From Ginglymostoma cirratum (taxonomy: Eukaryota), in the NCBI GenBank assembly GCA_024137785.1, contig JAHRHZ010000042.1, positions 24,169,424 through 24,233,423 on the forward strand: DNA of 64,000 bases, read 5' to 3'. The notes under the pieces were generated by a model. The model did no database searches. It was not told the DNA's origin and was given only the letters and a program-made list of their open reading frames with translations. The first letter of the stretch is position 1. The number at the start of each line of letters is the position of its first letter. The position numbers and the translations under genes are program-made. Below are positions 25,975 to 39,730 of this stretch, piece by piece.

Positions 25975-26780
25975 CCAAGTCCAAATGCAGTAAGACAGGG
26001 CAATATCCTTGTTTGGGCTGAAAACTGGCAAGTAACATTCACACCACAAAATATCAGCCAATGGCCTTTTCCTATATGAGAAAATCTAACCATCGCCCCT
26101 GAACATTCAATGGCATCACCATCACTAAAACACCCACCATCAACGTCCAGTGGTTACCACTGACCAGAAAGTGAACTGGATGAGTCATTTAACTACAAGA
26201 ACAGATTAGAGGCTCAGATTACTGCAGCAAGTAACTCACCTCCTGAATCCCCAAAGCATGTATACCATCTACAAGGCACAAGTCAGTAGTGGGATGGAAT
26301 ACGCCCCCATTGCCTGGACGAGTGCAGCTCCAACAACATCAAGAAGCCTGACACTATCCAAAATGAAGCAGCCTGTTTGATTGGCACCACATCCATAAAC
26401 ATCCACTCCCTCCACCACTCACACTCAGGAAGAGCAATTTCAATCAGCTACAAGACATACTGCAGAAATTCACCTTGTGAACGCATGGCCACTACCACCT
26501 CGATGGACAAGGGCAGCAGATACATGGGAACGCCACCACCTGAAGTTTCCATCCAAGCCATTCACCATCTTGACTTCGAAATACCTCACCATTTGTCTAG
26601 TGTCATTTGGACAACATTCTGGAATTCCGACCTGAATGGCTTTGTGGATCTACCAACAGCAGATGGACTGCAGCAGTTCAAGAAGGGAGCTCACCACCAC
26701 CATCTCAGAGCAACTAGGAATGAACAATAAATGTTGTCCGACCTATTGGTGCCCACATTCCAAAAGTGAATATAAAAAAA
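25975..26780 (+). mobile_element. CR1-group LINE (family B) 3' fragment
   Basis: YKAQVSSGMEYAPIAWTSAAPTTSRSLTLS-type region (tacaaggcacaagtcag), family-B 3' end, and a terminal A-rich run near 26775. Confidence 0.85.
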
Positions 26781-26869
26781 AATCTCAGATTGAAACATGG
26801 CTTGATAGTTCATTTTTGGCTTTTTGGTTTTAACAAGACTATCTTTTGCTGAAATTAGATTTTCAGGTA

Positions 26870-28030
26870 AGGTCCCATACAAATGTTAGTAAATAAAGTG
26901 TAAGCGATTGAAGGAAATATATAAGCATACTTTTGGGAATTGGTTGACAGGCAGAAAAGGGAGAGTAGGAATAAAAAGATCATTCCTTAAGATAGCAGGT
27001 GTTTACCTTTGGGGTTCTGGAAGCATCACTGCTAGGTATACAGCTTTCACAATCTATATAAATGATCTTGATGGGGATCAATTGCATTTATTTCCAAATT
27101 TGTTGATGACACCAAACTGGCTGGGAAAACAGGCTGGACCAGATTAATTTAGGATATCTGGTCAGCATGGATGAGTTGGACCGAAGGGCCTGTTTCTGTG
27201 ATGTACAACTCTATGACTCTATGACCCAATAATCTGTGGGGAGGGTACAAGAAGGTTCCACAAATAATAGGACAGACGAAGATGTCATATGGAACATAAT
27301 GTGATTAAGTGTGAAGTTGTTTGCTTCAGAAAAACACAAAGTAAGAATACTTCTGAAATGGAGAGAGGTTGTGAAACGCATGGCTCCAAAGGGATCTGGG
27401 TGTCTTGTTCACAAGTCATTGAAACTAAAATGAAGATGCAGCAAGCAATTAGGAAGGCAAATGGTATGATGACCTTTACTGAAAGGGATTTTGAGTACAG
27501 GACTGAAGATATCATGGTGTCGTTTGGAGCCTTGGTGAAACCTCACCTGTACTATTATGTCCAGTTTTTGTCCCCATCTTCGAGACAGTGTAACGGAAGT
27601 TGACCAAATTCATTTCTGGGATGGAGGGTTTCGTTTTACGAGGAAGCATTAAGGAGCTTGTATCTGTATTCCAGAGAGTTTTGAAGAATGCAGGGTGACT
27701 TCAGTGAAACCTAAAAAATTCTAATAGGGCATGGTGGGCTGGATATAGAGAAGATATTTTCCCAGAGTCTACAACTGGGGGACATAATCGCAGGGTAAGC
27801 TACTTAGGCTGAGATAGGTCAATGCTTTCTACCCCAGACGGCTGTGAAGGCTCAATCACTGAGCATGTTCAGAACAGAAATTGATAGATTTTGGGAGAAT
27901 AATGACATCAAGCAAAATGGGGATGGTGTGATAAAGTGGCAATGAGGTAGACGATCAACCATGATCTAACCAAATGGCAGAGCAGGCTCATCAAGATGAT
28001 TGGCCTACTCCTGCTGCCATATTTCTATGT
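26870..28030 (+). mobile_element. Decayed CR1 fragment with a nested short CR1/SINE tail (~27140-27225)
   Basis: NWLTGRKGRVGI, FTIYINDLD, KCEVVCF and ALVKPHLYYYVQF motifs. CR1 3' UTR at 27950-28030. Confidence 0.8.
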
Positions 28031-29106
28031 TTACAAAATATAGGAAAAATAAAGCCAGTGCTTCAAATCATTGATCTCAGGAACTATTTTCCACCAAGGG
28101 TAGAACAGAAATATAATTTCAAAGCAATCAACTTTTAAACAGAAAATGCATTGAAATGTTCTCCCCTGCTAATATATTCCATTTTTTATTTGTGCTAAGA
28201 ATAACATGGTTACCAATTTAGAGGATTAAATCAGACAAGGTGCATTTGTTGTCTTATTACCACATTCAGAAACGAAAAACAAGATCAAGAAAAAAGATTT
28301 TCAGGAAATTGCAAATCAAGCACATTTGCTATTATTAACAACTCAATACTCGGTCGATCAAATAAGTTCCCAAAATAATTATTGGTGTTTCATCACTAAC
28401 GATACACTTGCACTCTAAACTTCTGGATACATCAAAAGCTTGCTTGTTGCACTTCAAAAAACTGGTAGCGTTTTTGTTTATCCTTGTGTTCACAACCTTT
28501 GCAGGCAATCCAGTCTCAGGGACCTCTCAATATAACGGGAATTTTCAGTATTAATCAATTGCAGAGACTAGTTTGCCATTGTCTGTCTGCTCACAGTTTC
28601 TCTGAAAGCACAGTACCTATCACATCTGTATCTTCTGTCTTGATGTCTCTTTTACAAAAAAAATGTGAATATATTGTGGTTTTATATGAACAGCCTGAAA
28701 TGCAAATCTAACAAGCCTGCATCCTCAATTCAAAAAGAAACAGTGTAAAGCGAAATAAATCCTTAAATGTGACAAGATTTTTACAATTCTAAGCAGGTTC
28801 AGCACCACATTCTGTGTTTTGTTGGGTTTTTTTTTATGATAATCTATAAGCTCCCTGACATTTGCTAGTACTTTTCAGGATTACTTTTGTTATTTTAAAA
28901 TTAATGAAATGAACTAAAACAGAAGAGATTTAGCACTGGTGTAGATATTGGCAGCACGGCTTTCATTTCACATGTTTACTTTTATCCAAACACTGGCAAA
29001 TATTTAGAAATTCAACAGTAATGAGGGATTTGAAAAGACAAATTGGACAGAAAATAGGTAAAAAATAAAAATTATAATAATAAAAAAAATTGAATCAAAT
29101 TCATTA

Positions 29107-29442
29107 TCGAATCCATACAGTGTTGAAACAGCCCATTGAGTCCACACCAACCCTCTGAAGAGCTTCCCACCCAAAACATTCCCTGACCCTAGCCCTGTAA
29201 CCCTGCCTTTCCCATGGTTAATGCACCTACCTCCCACATCCCACAGAGTAACTTGGCATGGTCAATCCACTTAACTTGCACATCTGTGGACTATGGGAGG
29301 AAACCAGAGCACCCGGAGGAAACCTGGGCAAAATAAGGAGATAGTGCCAACTCTACACAGACAGTCGCCCAAATGTGGAATCAAACCCAGGTCACCGGTG
29401 CTGTGAGGCAGCAGTGCTAACCACTGCGCCACTGTGCCACCC
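29107..29442 (-). mobile_element. HE1/V-SINE-type SINE
   Basis: Same tRNA head, core and tail as 2686-3000. Confidence 0.9.
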
Positions 29443-29654
29443 CTGTTAACAGAATGAATGAAGAGAGAACAATATAATGCATTTTTTAAGCTGTGTGACA
29501 GAAAAATCAATATAAACTCTTGCTTATGAAACCCTTCAAAGAGCTCTTCTTAGCTTCAGCCCATCTGCTGCGATATCTCTGCTTTTGCTACCTCCAAACT
29601 CAACAATTACAACACTTCTCTTGTTCGATTTCCATCTTACAATGTGGATAAGTT

Positions 29655-30075
29655 TGAGACCTTCCAAAATTATTCTGCTTGCATCTTAGTTGGGTCCTGT
29701 TCAGCCACTGTGTGCTTGGACCTAGATTCATTCTGGATCCACCAACACTTGAAAGTTAAATATCTTATTTTTGTATTTAAGGCACTCCCTGGCCTTGATG
29801 TTGCCTAGCACTGTAACATTCTGAAGCTGTCTGAGAATACTGCACCGTTCCAACTGGGATCTCTTCTCTTTCCTCCATTTTCTCACGCCATCACATGTGG
29901 GCATATATTCAGCTTTACCAACCAAAACCTCTAGAATCTCCGTTTAAACATCTTTCGCTCCTTGATAAAACTTGTGGTCACCTTGCCTAATTAGCACAGT
30001 GTATCTTTTTGACTGATTACATTCCTGTGAAGAATTTTCGGAGGCTTTAAGAATGCTGTATAATTATCAGTGAGG
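29655..30075 (+). mobile_element. Decayed L2 3' fragment
   Basis: ccaaaattattctgcttgcatc...ttaaatatcttatttttgtatttaaggcactccctggccttg...cctgtgaag, similar to 13740-14180. Confidence 0.5.
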
Positions 30076-31234
30076 ATGTGTTTTTAGCAAAGTGTCTTTC
30101 AATGTCAGCTTTTGAATGGAAGTTCCACATTTAAGACTTTTTCAACGTAAAGTTTTTTTTGGGTTTTAAAGCATGCCCATAAAACGTATCCCAGAATATA
30201 TTTCCTAACTCAATCTACATTAAAGCCAGTCTTTGTACACAAAAATATATCAGAATATTTGACAGATATGATCAGTTCAGACACACTATATATGTGTAGG
30301 ATTTAATGATAAAGAATTGAATTGTCAATCAAGCTTATTGTAATTGGTTGAACAGCAAGGCATCTCTCATCCATTGCTAACATAAGCAATGACAAATCAT
30401 GAACAGTTGCAGAGTTACAAACTAAATGTTTCTATGGCTATAGCTTTAGCCATTTGACAAAATCTAATTTAAAACACAACAAAGACTATTATTTAACAGT
30501 GATTTAGTCAGCATTAACAGTAAAATATGGAATATGTAGTATTCAGTCAGCACAGCTAAATGCATAAAAGTGATGATTCTTTTTCTAAATTATTCTTTTT
30601 CTTTTTGTAATGAACTATTCAACTAATAAAACAGTTTGGTACATAATTTCTAATACAACAACAGTCAGGAGCTTCATTCTTGCGCTTGAGCAGGAGTTCC
30701 ACCACTTTTCAATTCAATCACCCAAGAGGAAAATTGATTGTGTGCTTGATTATTCTAAAAATATTTCAGCATCATCAGCTGTCCTTTTGTTTGCCTTCTC
30801 TCCACTAAATGTAAATGTTATGGAATGTGCAGAATTAAAATTGGATTGATCTACTAGAAACACTGTTCCCCATCAGAATGCTGGGATTCCTTTCCCTCAG
30901 TTCCTCATAAATCAAACCATCTCACCTTACAGGATGCTGAATGGAATATCCTATCTAACAGAGATAGATGGAATAAAATAACCAAAATAATAATCTTCCT
31001 GACGTCATTCAAAGATACCTGATTGCTCAATATTGATCTTCACTTACCTACATTTGTGCTATGACTTAATGACTTTAAATGATTCCCACAAATTTAAATA
31101 ACTATTCTGTGTAGTCATATAAAATTATCAATGTTAAAATCTTGCTTGGAGTTATTTAAGGTCCTGTCTTATTTGGGACATTGGAAGTTGCAAGTCAGCA
31201 CCATATTTGGTTTGGGGTTCTACCATATATTTTT

Positions 31235-31652
31235 ATTTTAATTCATGTATGTGATGTGGGTTTTGCTGGCTAAACCAGCACTTATTGCTTGAAAGGGTTT
31301 AAGAAATAATATTTTAATAAAATAACAATATTGCCCATTCCCAGTTGCCTAGACGGCAGTTAAGACACAATAACAATCCCGTGGTTCTGGAATCAAAGGT
31401 AGGCGAGACCAGGTAAGGACGACAAATCTCTTCGAGGGAAGGGAATCTAAGAACCAATTAGGTGTTTACGACAATTGACAGTGGTCACATGGTCACCATC
31501 AGACTAGCTTTATTTTCATACCACCTTTTAAAGATATTTAATCCAAATTTCACCATTTGTCATTGCAGGATTCAAGCTACGTCCCCGGCACAGTGGTTGG
31601 GGCTTCTGGAATTCTAGCCCTGTGACATTTCCACGATACCTCCGCCATCCCA
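31235..31652 (-). mobile_element. tRNA-headed SINE sharing its 3' tail with LINE family B
   Basis: Minus strand starts gggatggcggaggtatcgtggaaatgtcacagggctag, has a B-box-like ...cttgaatcc, and ends with gcaataagtgctgg...ccagcaaaacccacatc like the family-B tail. A related 5' part lies at ~34955-35205. Confidence 0.6.
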
Positions 31653-32445
31653 CATATACAAAACCTTGAGGTGCAGTTTTTAGCTAGATAGACTAAAACA
31701 TGAAAAGTTATTAGGCAAAATCTGAACTGTTCTAATTAGTCGTGAGGGAACAATGAGGAAGCGAAGGCTTCAGTTTTTTTCACTTCCAGAGAAGTTTAAA
31801 TTATTGAAGGATGCCATTTGCCACTGTTTCAGGCAGTATGCTTATCATTTTCTTCATGCCACTGTTGCTTCTTTCATCATTTATCTTAAATCCATGTTTT
31901 ATTTGAACTCTTGTTAATGGGAAGCATTTCTTTTTGTCTACTCTGACCAGATCCCACATGATTTTGAATTCTGCTTCTCCATCTATCCATGTTCATCATG
32001 GAACCATTTCCTTAATCTTTTCTGCATCCTCTCTTGAGCTTTCACTCCCTTTCTAAAGTGCACTGCCCAGATTTGGACACAATAATTAAGTTCAAGTCAA
32101 GCTTTTACGAGCGGTCATCATAACTTCCATGCTTTTAGACCCATTGGCTCTATTATTAAAGTCATTTTATAATGCCTTTTCAACTTTTTCTATTGAGGCT
32201 GGGGATATTCATGAGCCTGCATTTACAGTTATGTTTTTAACTGCTCACCAGCATTCATGAGTGGATATGCCTGGACTGCAGGGTTTTAATCTGCTCCGTT
32301 ATGGGATTTCTTAGCTCTATTTAAAGCATGCTGCCTTTATTGTTCAAAATTCATGAAAGCGTTTGGGCTAGCTTCACTACCTTGCCTCTCCACACAACCA
32401 ACGTTGCCCCTGACACACTCATCCAAATCTCTCACTGTATTAAGA

Positions 32446-33232
32446 GGTCGGGCAGGCTCGGCGAGTCAGTAGGTTTGGTTGCAAAACATTTTGTCACCCC
32501 GCTCGGTAACATCGTCTGCGCACCTCTGGTGAAGCGTCGGTGTTCTGTTCCATTTTTGGTTTGCTGGGGTGGTTTGAATTACTTCTGGTTCTGTTTCTCA
32601 GTGGTTTGTACACAGGGTCTAATTCAATGTGTTTGTTGATGGAGTTCCAGTTGGATTACCAGACCTCTAGGAATTCCCTGGCGTCTCTCTGTTTGGCTTG
32701 TGTGATTATTGATATGTTGTCCCAATTTGTTTTTTCTGAGGCATTCGTGCAGGAAGGTCATGGGTCGTGCTCAGTTAGATGATTTGTTTCCCATCGGCGA
32801 GCCAGTTTCAGGGTGTTGTGCCTGTAGCTGTTTAAAGCTTTCGAGCAGATTTGTAGCTTGAGTTGTGGATGAGGTTGCAGACGTGCTCGCTGAATTTGAC
32901 TGGGACAACACATCCATAATCGCACAGAGCAAACAGAGACATGCCAGGGAATTCCTGGGGGGCCTGGTATTCGAAGCGGAACTCCATCCACAAACACAGT
33001 GAATTAGACCCTGTGTACAAACCACTGAAAAACAGAACCAAAAGTAATACCAACCACCCTAACAAACCGAGGCATGTACATAACAAGCGGGACAGAACAC
33101 CGACACTTCACCAGAGGCACACTGACGGTGTTACCTAGCAGGATGATGAAACGTTTGCAACCAAACCCACCGGCTCGGTGAGCATATCTACAACCTCATC
33201 CACAACCAGAGCTTCAAATCTTCTTGAAAACT
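32446..33232. mobile_element. Second Penelope-like family (Poseidon-type): internally deleted copy plus inverted arm
   Basis: Plus arm 32894-33232: FDWDNTSIIAQSKQRHAREFL...NSIHKHSELDPVYKPLKNRT (PLE ORF C-terminus) followed by a pLTR. An inverted homologous arm lies at 32446-32730. Between them is a minus-strand ORF N-terminal-like piece NTLKLARRWE...TFLHECLRK. Both arms carry hammerhead-like motifs. Confidence 0.8.
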
Positions 33233-33479
33233 GAATAAGAGATTGTTCACGCTCTTGATGGTAATTGTAGAGTGAATTCTGCCATAATACAATTCTGCAA
33301 TAACTAATGACTGTCAGGACTGCAAGGTGGTCTGAGTGATGTGGACTATGGTGAGATTTATCACAGAGTTGAACAGAAAGTTTGCTGAGATCCATCTTGA
33401 CATTGGGGGCATTTCAACCCACATTTGGTGAGCAGTATGGCGTGTTTCTTGCTAGACAGGATTAAGATATGGCAGAAAA

Positions 33480-34270
33480 TCTTGTTGGGTTTCATGTCAG
33501 TAATCCCTCCAAAAACCTTGTCATGACTTGCACTTAAATACACAAAATGTAAGACTGAGCCAACTGTATCTGTTCTGAATCTGTACAATTCAGCATGGTG
33601 GTCATAGCACGATACACAATGGAGTGTTGTCCTCAGTATGAAGACAGAATTTTGTTTGTACAGTGATGAATCTACCCATACTGTCATGGATAGATTCATC
33701 TATGATAGACAGTTTGGTGACGATGAGTGCAAATAAGTTTTTCCCTCTTGTTTCCTCTCTCACGAATTGTTGCAAATTTAATCCGGTAAGTATGTCTTTT
33801 GAGGTCAGCAAGCTTGGTCAGTAATGGAGTTACTGAGATATGCATGATGATGGACATTTAATTGCCCATCTAGGGAACATTTTGAGCCTTAACATTTCTT
33901 CCAAGTGGTGTTCAAAGTGGGTAGCATGTAGTAATCAGGTGAGAGGGGGCAATCAGTAACAACCAGTAGCTTTCCTTCCATCTATTTGACCTGACATCTT
34001 GAGACTTTGTGGCGTGCTCAGTCAATGTTAAGTACCCTAAGCCACTGGCCTCCAGTTATCCACAAGTGGCTCTGGGCTGCCCTCGGGATGGGACATTACC
34101 AGCAATGGTGACAACTGGTGTCTGGATAACTGTCGTGAATGATTGTCGAGTATGACAATTTGGTTGAGTCTGCAGGACATCTTCCAATTTACACAAATCG
34201 GAAGCTGTTAGTGGGAAGGACTCTTCAGATTTGACTCAGTGGTCCTTTGCAGTAATAAATCTGATGACTA
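33480..34270 (-). mobile_element. Decayed family-B LINE, endonuclease region
   Basis: LKDILTGLNLQQFVREETRGKNLFALIVTKL...IHDSMGRFITV (ORF 33602..33811), resembling an APE C-terminal PTRGxNxLDL...SDH motif. Confidence 0.65.
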
Positions 34271-34292
34271 AAATAATCTCAGTTGGTTTCTC

Positions 34293-34634
34293 CATAGAAT
34301 CCCTACAGTATGGAAGGATGCTAATTTGGCCCATTGAGTCTATACTGGCCCATCAAACAGCATCCCATCCAGACCCACAAGCCTATCCCTGTAACTTTGC
34401 ATTTCACATGGCTAATCTACCCAGCCTGCACATGACAGGTAATTTAGCATGACCAAGCCACCTCACCTACACATCTCTGGACTGTCAGAGGAAACTGGAG
34501 CACCTGGAGGGAACCAATGCAGACACAAGGAGAATGTGCAAACTTCACATAGACAGTCACCCAAGGTTGGAATGGAACACAGGTCCCTGGCACCACAAGA
34601 CAGCAATGCTGACCACTGAGCCACCATGCCACCC
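34293..34634 (-). mobile_element. HE1/V-SINE-type SINE
   Basis: Homologous to 2686-3000 and 29107-29442. Confidence 0.85.
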
Positions 34635-35577
34635 CAGTTTTATTCTACTATGTTGTCATGGTGATTTGACATATTGGCTGGCTGGGCCAGTTCAGAAAGC
34701 TGCCAAGAGTCAAGAGTGTAGAAGTTGCATACCATAGATCCATAAATGATTACAGCACAGGAGGAGGCCATCCAGTCTTTCTACCATGCAGGGTTGCTGC
34801 CAGAATAACTCAGCTGGTCCCACTCCTCTGCCTTTTCCTGATAATTTGTTTCTATTCAGAACATTATCCAATTTGTCTCTGAAATGCACAACAGAATGTA
34901 CGTCTATCCCACTCTCAGCAATGCATTTCCAATTCTGACCATTCAATGTGCATAAAGGCCTGATCAGATAAGGATGACAAATCTAATGCTCTCAGTGATA
35001 TTAATGAACCAGCTGGCTTTTTACGGCATTGTGGTAGTTACTTGGTCACCAATATATTAGCTTTTTGACTCCTGATTTATTACATTATCTGAACTTAAAT
35101 TTCTCTGATACCATTGTGAGACTTTAACCTCAGAATGGTCTCCAAACCATTAATCCTGTTCTTTAGATTATTAGTCCAGTAACATAACCACTATTGCACT
35201 GCACCCAGGAACTGACAAGTGGTAATGAAACAAGGCTAATCATTTTCGCAGTAGGTATTGAGAAAAATAGATATTTACTGAAAAATCTTTTGGCTGAAAC
35301 AAAATTATCATTTACAAAAAGTAATTTCCATTCATTGACTCAAGAGCTCTAAGAGCTTACAAACTGCTTAGTTGCAGGTTTCAATTTTTCTAAGCCTGTG
35401 TAAATTGCAGACTACAACAAGCAGCTCTATCAAGGGCATGACAGATATTATTGCATTCATAACATTGCAACTGTAATAAAATCCAAAGCGCTGAAAGTGT
35501 TTAACATGTTTGTCTGCTCACCTTAAGTTGCAGGCTCCACGTTTGTCAAGCACAATGCTATTCCCATAGACACGTTG

Positions 35578-35800
35578 CAAATAAAACTAAAATGCTCCAG
35601 ATACTGGAAATCTTACATAAAGCCAAAAAATGCTTGAAATAATTAGCAGGGCCAGGCAGCATTTCTGGAGAGAAACGTAGAGTTGCCACATCAGGTCGAC
35701 GACCTTTCTTGAAAACATATTTGAAATTTGGCAGGATAAAACAAATACAGAGGCAGGGACATGACTGAGAGAGGAGAGGAAAGGACAAAATGGAATGTCT
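35578..35800 (-). mobile_element. Decayed Penelope pLTR fragment
   Basis: aaatgctccagatactggaaatc...cagggccaggcagcatttctggagagaaacgtagagttgccacatcaggtcgacgacctttc. Confidence 0.55.
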
Positions 35801-36049
35801 ATGATCGAGGGTAAGTCAGAAGTGATTGACAAATGGAGTGATAATGCAGGTGAAAGGGAGTGGGAGTGGGAGAGGGACAGGAGTAGAAACACAGCTGCGA
35901 ATTAAAATGGAAGGATGATTACCAGCAAAAACTAAATTATAACCTGAAGTTGGAAACTTGGACATTGGGAGAATTTTAGAATTCAACAAAGCAGGACCAA
36001 AGACTTGATAAATAAAGAATGAAAAATAAATGTAGAAAAACAGGAAATA

Positions 36050-37025
36050 TAAAAAATATATTGTAAAATCTTCCATACATGTGAAAAGGAAAAAAAAATG
36101 GTCAAAGATAAATGTGGGACCATTACAGACAGAGACAGAAGAGTTTATAAAAGGAAGGTGAGAAATAGCAGGGAAGCTAAGTAAGTATTTTGCATGTCTT
36201 CACAGGGAAAGACACAAGAAGTCTTGCTGAAATAAATAAAATCTAAGGATCTAGGTGAGAGTACAGCATTGGAAGAAATTAGTACTCATAACAAGAAGCA
36301 TTGGAAACGTTACTGTAACTGAAAGTTGACAAATCCCCAGGACCCAGTTACCTACACCCTACAGTATTGAAAGGGATGGCTGCAGAGATAATGATTGTAT
36401 CAGTGATTATCTCTCAAAATTCTGTTAACTCTGCAGAAGAGCCTTCCGATTAGTCAGTTGCCAATGTAACATCACTGATTAAGCAATGAGAGACAGAAAA
36501 AGGAAAAAACAGGGAACTACGGAGCTTGACATCAGTTGCAGTGAAAATACTAGAATCTATTATAAAGTTTATGATTACTGGACAGTTAGAAAATACTTAT
36601 CTCAATGGGCAGAGTCAAATGAATTATGAAGGTGAAATCTGCCAGGAAACAGAGAGATGGAATAAATGGGTTAATTTCAGTTTGACAGGTTGAAATGAAT
36701 AAAGGTACCATAGGTGGTTGAGCCCCAACTGTTCATAAGTTATACTAATGATTTGGATCCAGTGGCTAATTGTAATATCTCCAAATTTGCAGATAATGCA
36801 AAATTTTGCAATATAGGTTGAGAAAAGAACACAAAGAGGATCCAAGAAGATCTAGATAGGCTGAGTGAGTGGGCAAGAGCATGTGTATAATGTGGATAAG
36901 TGTGAGGTGCTCCATTTTGGTAGCAGCAGTGGAGTTGCTCACAATTGAGATACGTGATCAGCCATAATCTGGAATGGTGGAGCAGGTTCAAGGGGCTGAA
37001 TGGCATATTCCTGCTTAGATGTTTC
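36050..37025 (+). mobile_element. Internally deleted, decayed CR1 LINE
   Basis: LKVDKSPGP..LHP.VLK remnant (gacaaatccccaggacc...tacaccct), tccaaatttgcagataatgcaaa (SKFADxxK), and the CR1 3' UTR ggagcaggttcaaggggctgaatggc. Confidence 0.8.
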
Positions 37026-39519
37026 AAAATTGATCAATTCTCAAAGGCTACAAACTATCTTAAGAACGTATAAGACGGTCTTCCTCTGGATTCAATTGGG
37101 CCTCATCGAAGCAGCTGAAAAGGCCAAGGACAAGGAGGTCAAAATGGACGAGGAGGTGAAATCTACAGGTTCTGACAAGTTTATGATAAACGATGGATAA
37201 ATCATGAGGTCTTTTCTTTGTCCATTATTGTTTCTCTACTTCTACAACATTGCCATAAATAGCCACACTATTTCATAAGTCATGCAAGTCACGATATGAT
37301 GACCAGTGTCAGAAATACTCTTCTGGAACCTGTAAACTTTTAAGCATAGACATGAAGTGGTTCCTTTAACACAAGGTATTTGCTCCCTTTCTATTTTTCA
37401 ATACAATATTTTTCCCTAACATTTAAAAAGTGAAACAATGATGTCCAGTTGAGAAGTTAGCTCATTTTTAAAGTTTTTTCACCTGATTTTTTATTTTATT
37501 TTAGGTCAACCGAAGTAATACAGAATTTGAATCTTGTGACTGGCTTGTGGCATTCAATGATCATGAAAAACAATATTTGGACTGCATGCTGTAAACATTC
37601 TTTTTTTGTGAAATTAAGTAACCTCAAAAACAAAAACTGATCAATCTTTGCAATTAAGCCAAATTCATTCCTTAATGCTGAAAAAAAATCATGCAAGCAG
37701 AATAACCAACAGTTATCAGAAATGTTTTTGACAATGAACAGCTGCTGTTTTTTAATTAAATGGCTTGGCCTGCGGCTTCTTTGTTTAATCAGCACAGGAG
37801 CCATTTATTGCTTCAAACATGTCTTTGGAGATGATGTCAGTGTTGAAGGGAAACCTCAATAATGGGGTTATATGAATGCATTTCCTCACTATATTTATCT
37901 GAATACTAATATGCTATTTTAAACATGACTCTTGAAAAGAGAAGACTTTTATTTAAAAATCTGTTTTAAATATTGATTGTTTCTCCCATGTTTTGCTTTC
38001 TGTTGAATAGTTTGAAAATGTCTACAGTATATGTTACATATGTATAGATTCAACCTAGAAAAGAAAAGCCAATGGCAATAAAGAAGATCACTTTCTGAAG
38101 CGATGGCACAAATTTTGCAGCGATAATGACAGCATAATTGTCAGCATTCCTCTTCAACACTTCTCTGAAAAATGTAACAGCTTCTGGCATCCACGTGTGC
38201 ACTGCTAATTGAAGAAATCCAAACATTGCTCTCAGTGAGTCAACGTCTTTCAGTATGAGCAATAGGTAGCCACTTAAGGCCGACTATCAGAGGCTTAGGA
38301 CCAACAAGGGGTTGGGGCTAGGCCAGCTGCTGAGAGGGAGTCTCCTGATAGTAGACCAAGAGATCAATGCTCCACCTCGGCTTGTCATGTTCAATGGCTT
38401 CATTTTACCAGTGTTGATTGTGGTGGTCTGTTTAAAGCACTGATAATAAACTATTTGTCGATATAGAATCAGCGTCATCTCTGCATTGACTCTGAAACAG
38501 ATCAGATATATGGAAATACAAAGCAAACCAGCGAATGCAGAACATTTTGCCTGTCTGACTGCCCTCCACATTCAGCTGCAGCCAAAGCTGATCTTCTTCC
38601 ACAATGATGGCTCAGTTGTTGAAAGGAATTTTCATTTTCAGATATACAAAGGTGTAGAGAGTGTGCGAATCTTGAGGCACTCCATCTTTTAGTTATCTGA
38701 AAAGGCAGCCTTTCTGTTTCCTCTGTGATTCATCATCCCCTTCATAAGTTTTCCAGCTACAAGAGTGAATCTGCACTTTTGCCTCAAATCAGACACTTCA
38801 GGGATCACAGACCAGTGACTATTTTTCCCACTACTTAGCATTGTGATCCCTGTGTGACCCTGATATCAGGGTTCTGAAGTCGTTGGGGAAAATCCTATCT
38901 TATTCTCACTGGAAAATCTGTTGAAAATACAATCCCTTTTGAAAAGGTACATGTAGGATTTAACAGCTGACAAAGTTCACAATCAACAGCTTCACTCTAC
39001 CAGAAAGAATAAGTCCACATTAAATGAATATTAAGTTTTTCCACAATAGTACAAAATCCTACAAATTTTAAAAATCACTTTTTAACATTCCTAATATTTT
39101 AGCTCCTACTTCAAAACTGAACGTTTGTTTCACTGTACATAAAAGTTAACATGAAAAGAGAAAACTAACAGTAGTTTTTACTTTTTTGCTGTCTGTGAGA
39201 ATGCTTCAACGTGATTGCCTTGTTCCTCAAATTAATATCACTGTTGCTGGATGACTAGGGATTCCCTTGAATGATTCAAAACGAAGTCAGGGAAAGGGAA
39301 ATCCATATCTCAGAGGTGTCCACATCTTCGTGAAGCAGCTTTGTTTTTTAGTGACAATAACTGTCGCTTCTCCACTGACTGTAAAATCCAATGCAATCAG
39401 ACCAGGAATACTTAGGAATAATGAGTGTCATTAACCCAAGTGACGGTACAATTTTTTTAGCACATCCAATTCAGGAGCTGTTCTGAATGTTAGCTGCAGC
39501 TTCAGAATTAATTTAGTCA

Positions 39520-39730
39520 TCACCGGACTATGGATAATTTAGCATGACCAATCCACCTAGCCTGCACATTTTTCAATTATGGGAGGAAACCAGAGCATCC
39601 GGAGGAAACCCAGGCAGATATGGGGAGACCATGCAAACTCCACACAGACAGTCACCCAAGGGTGGACTTGAATCCGAATCTTGATGCTGTGAGGCAGCAA
39701 TGCTAACCACTGAGCCATTGTGCTGCCCTT
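39520..39730 (-). mobile_element. HE1/V-SINE-type SINE (3'-truncated)
   Basis: V-SINE core and tRNA head, as in the other copies. Confidence 0.85.

Noticed and set aside
28798-28818. Possible REST/NRSE site (TTCAGCACCAC)
   Set aside because: Only the left half matches; GGACAG is absent. A right half alone at ~1928 likewise lacks a proper left half.
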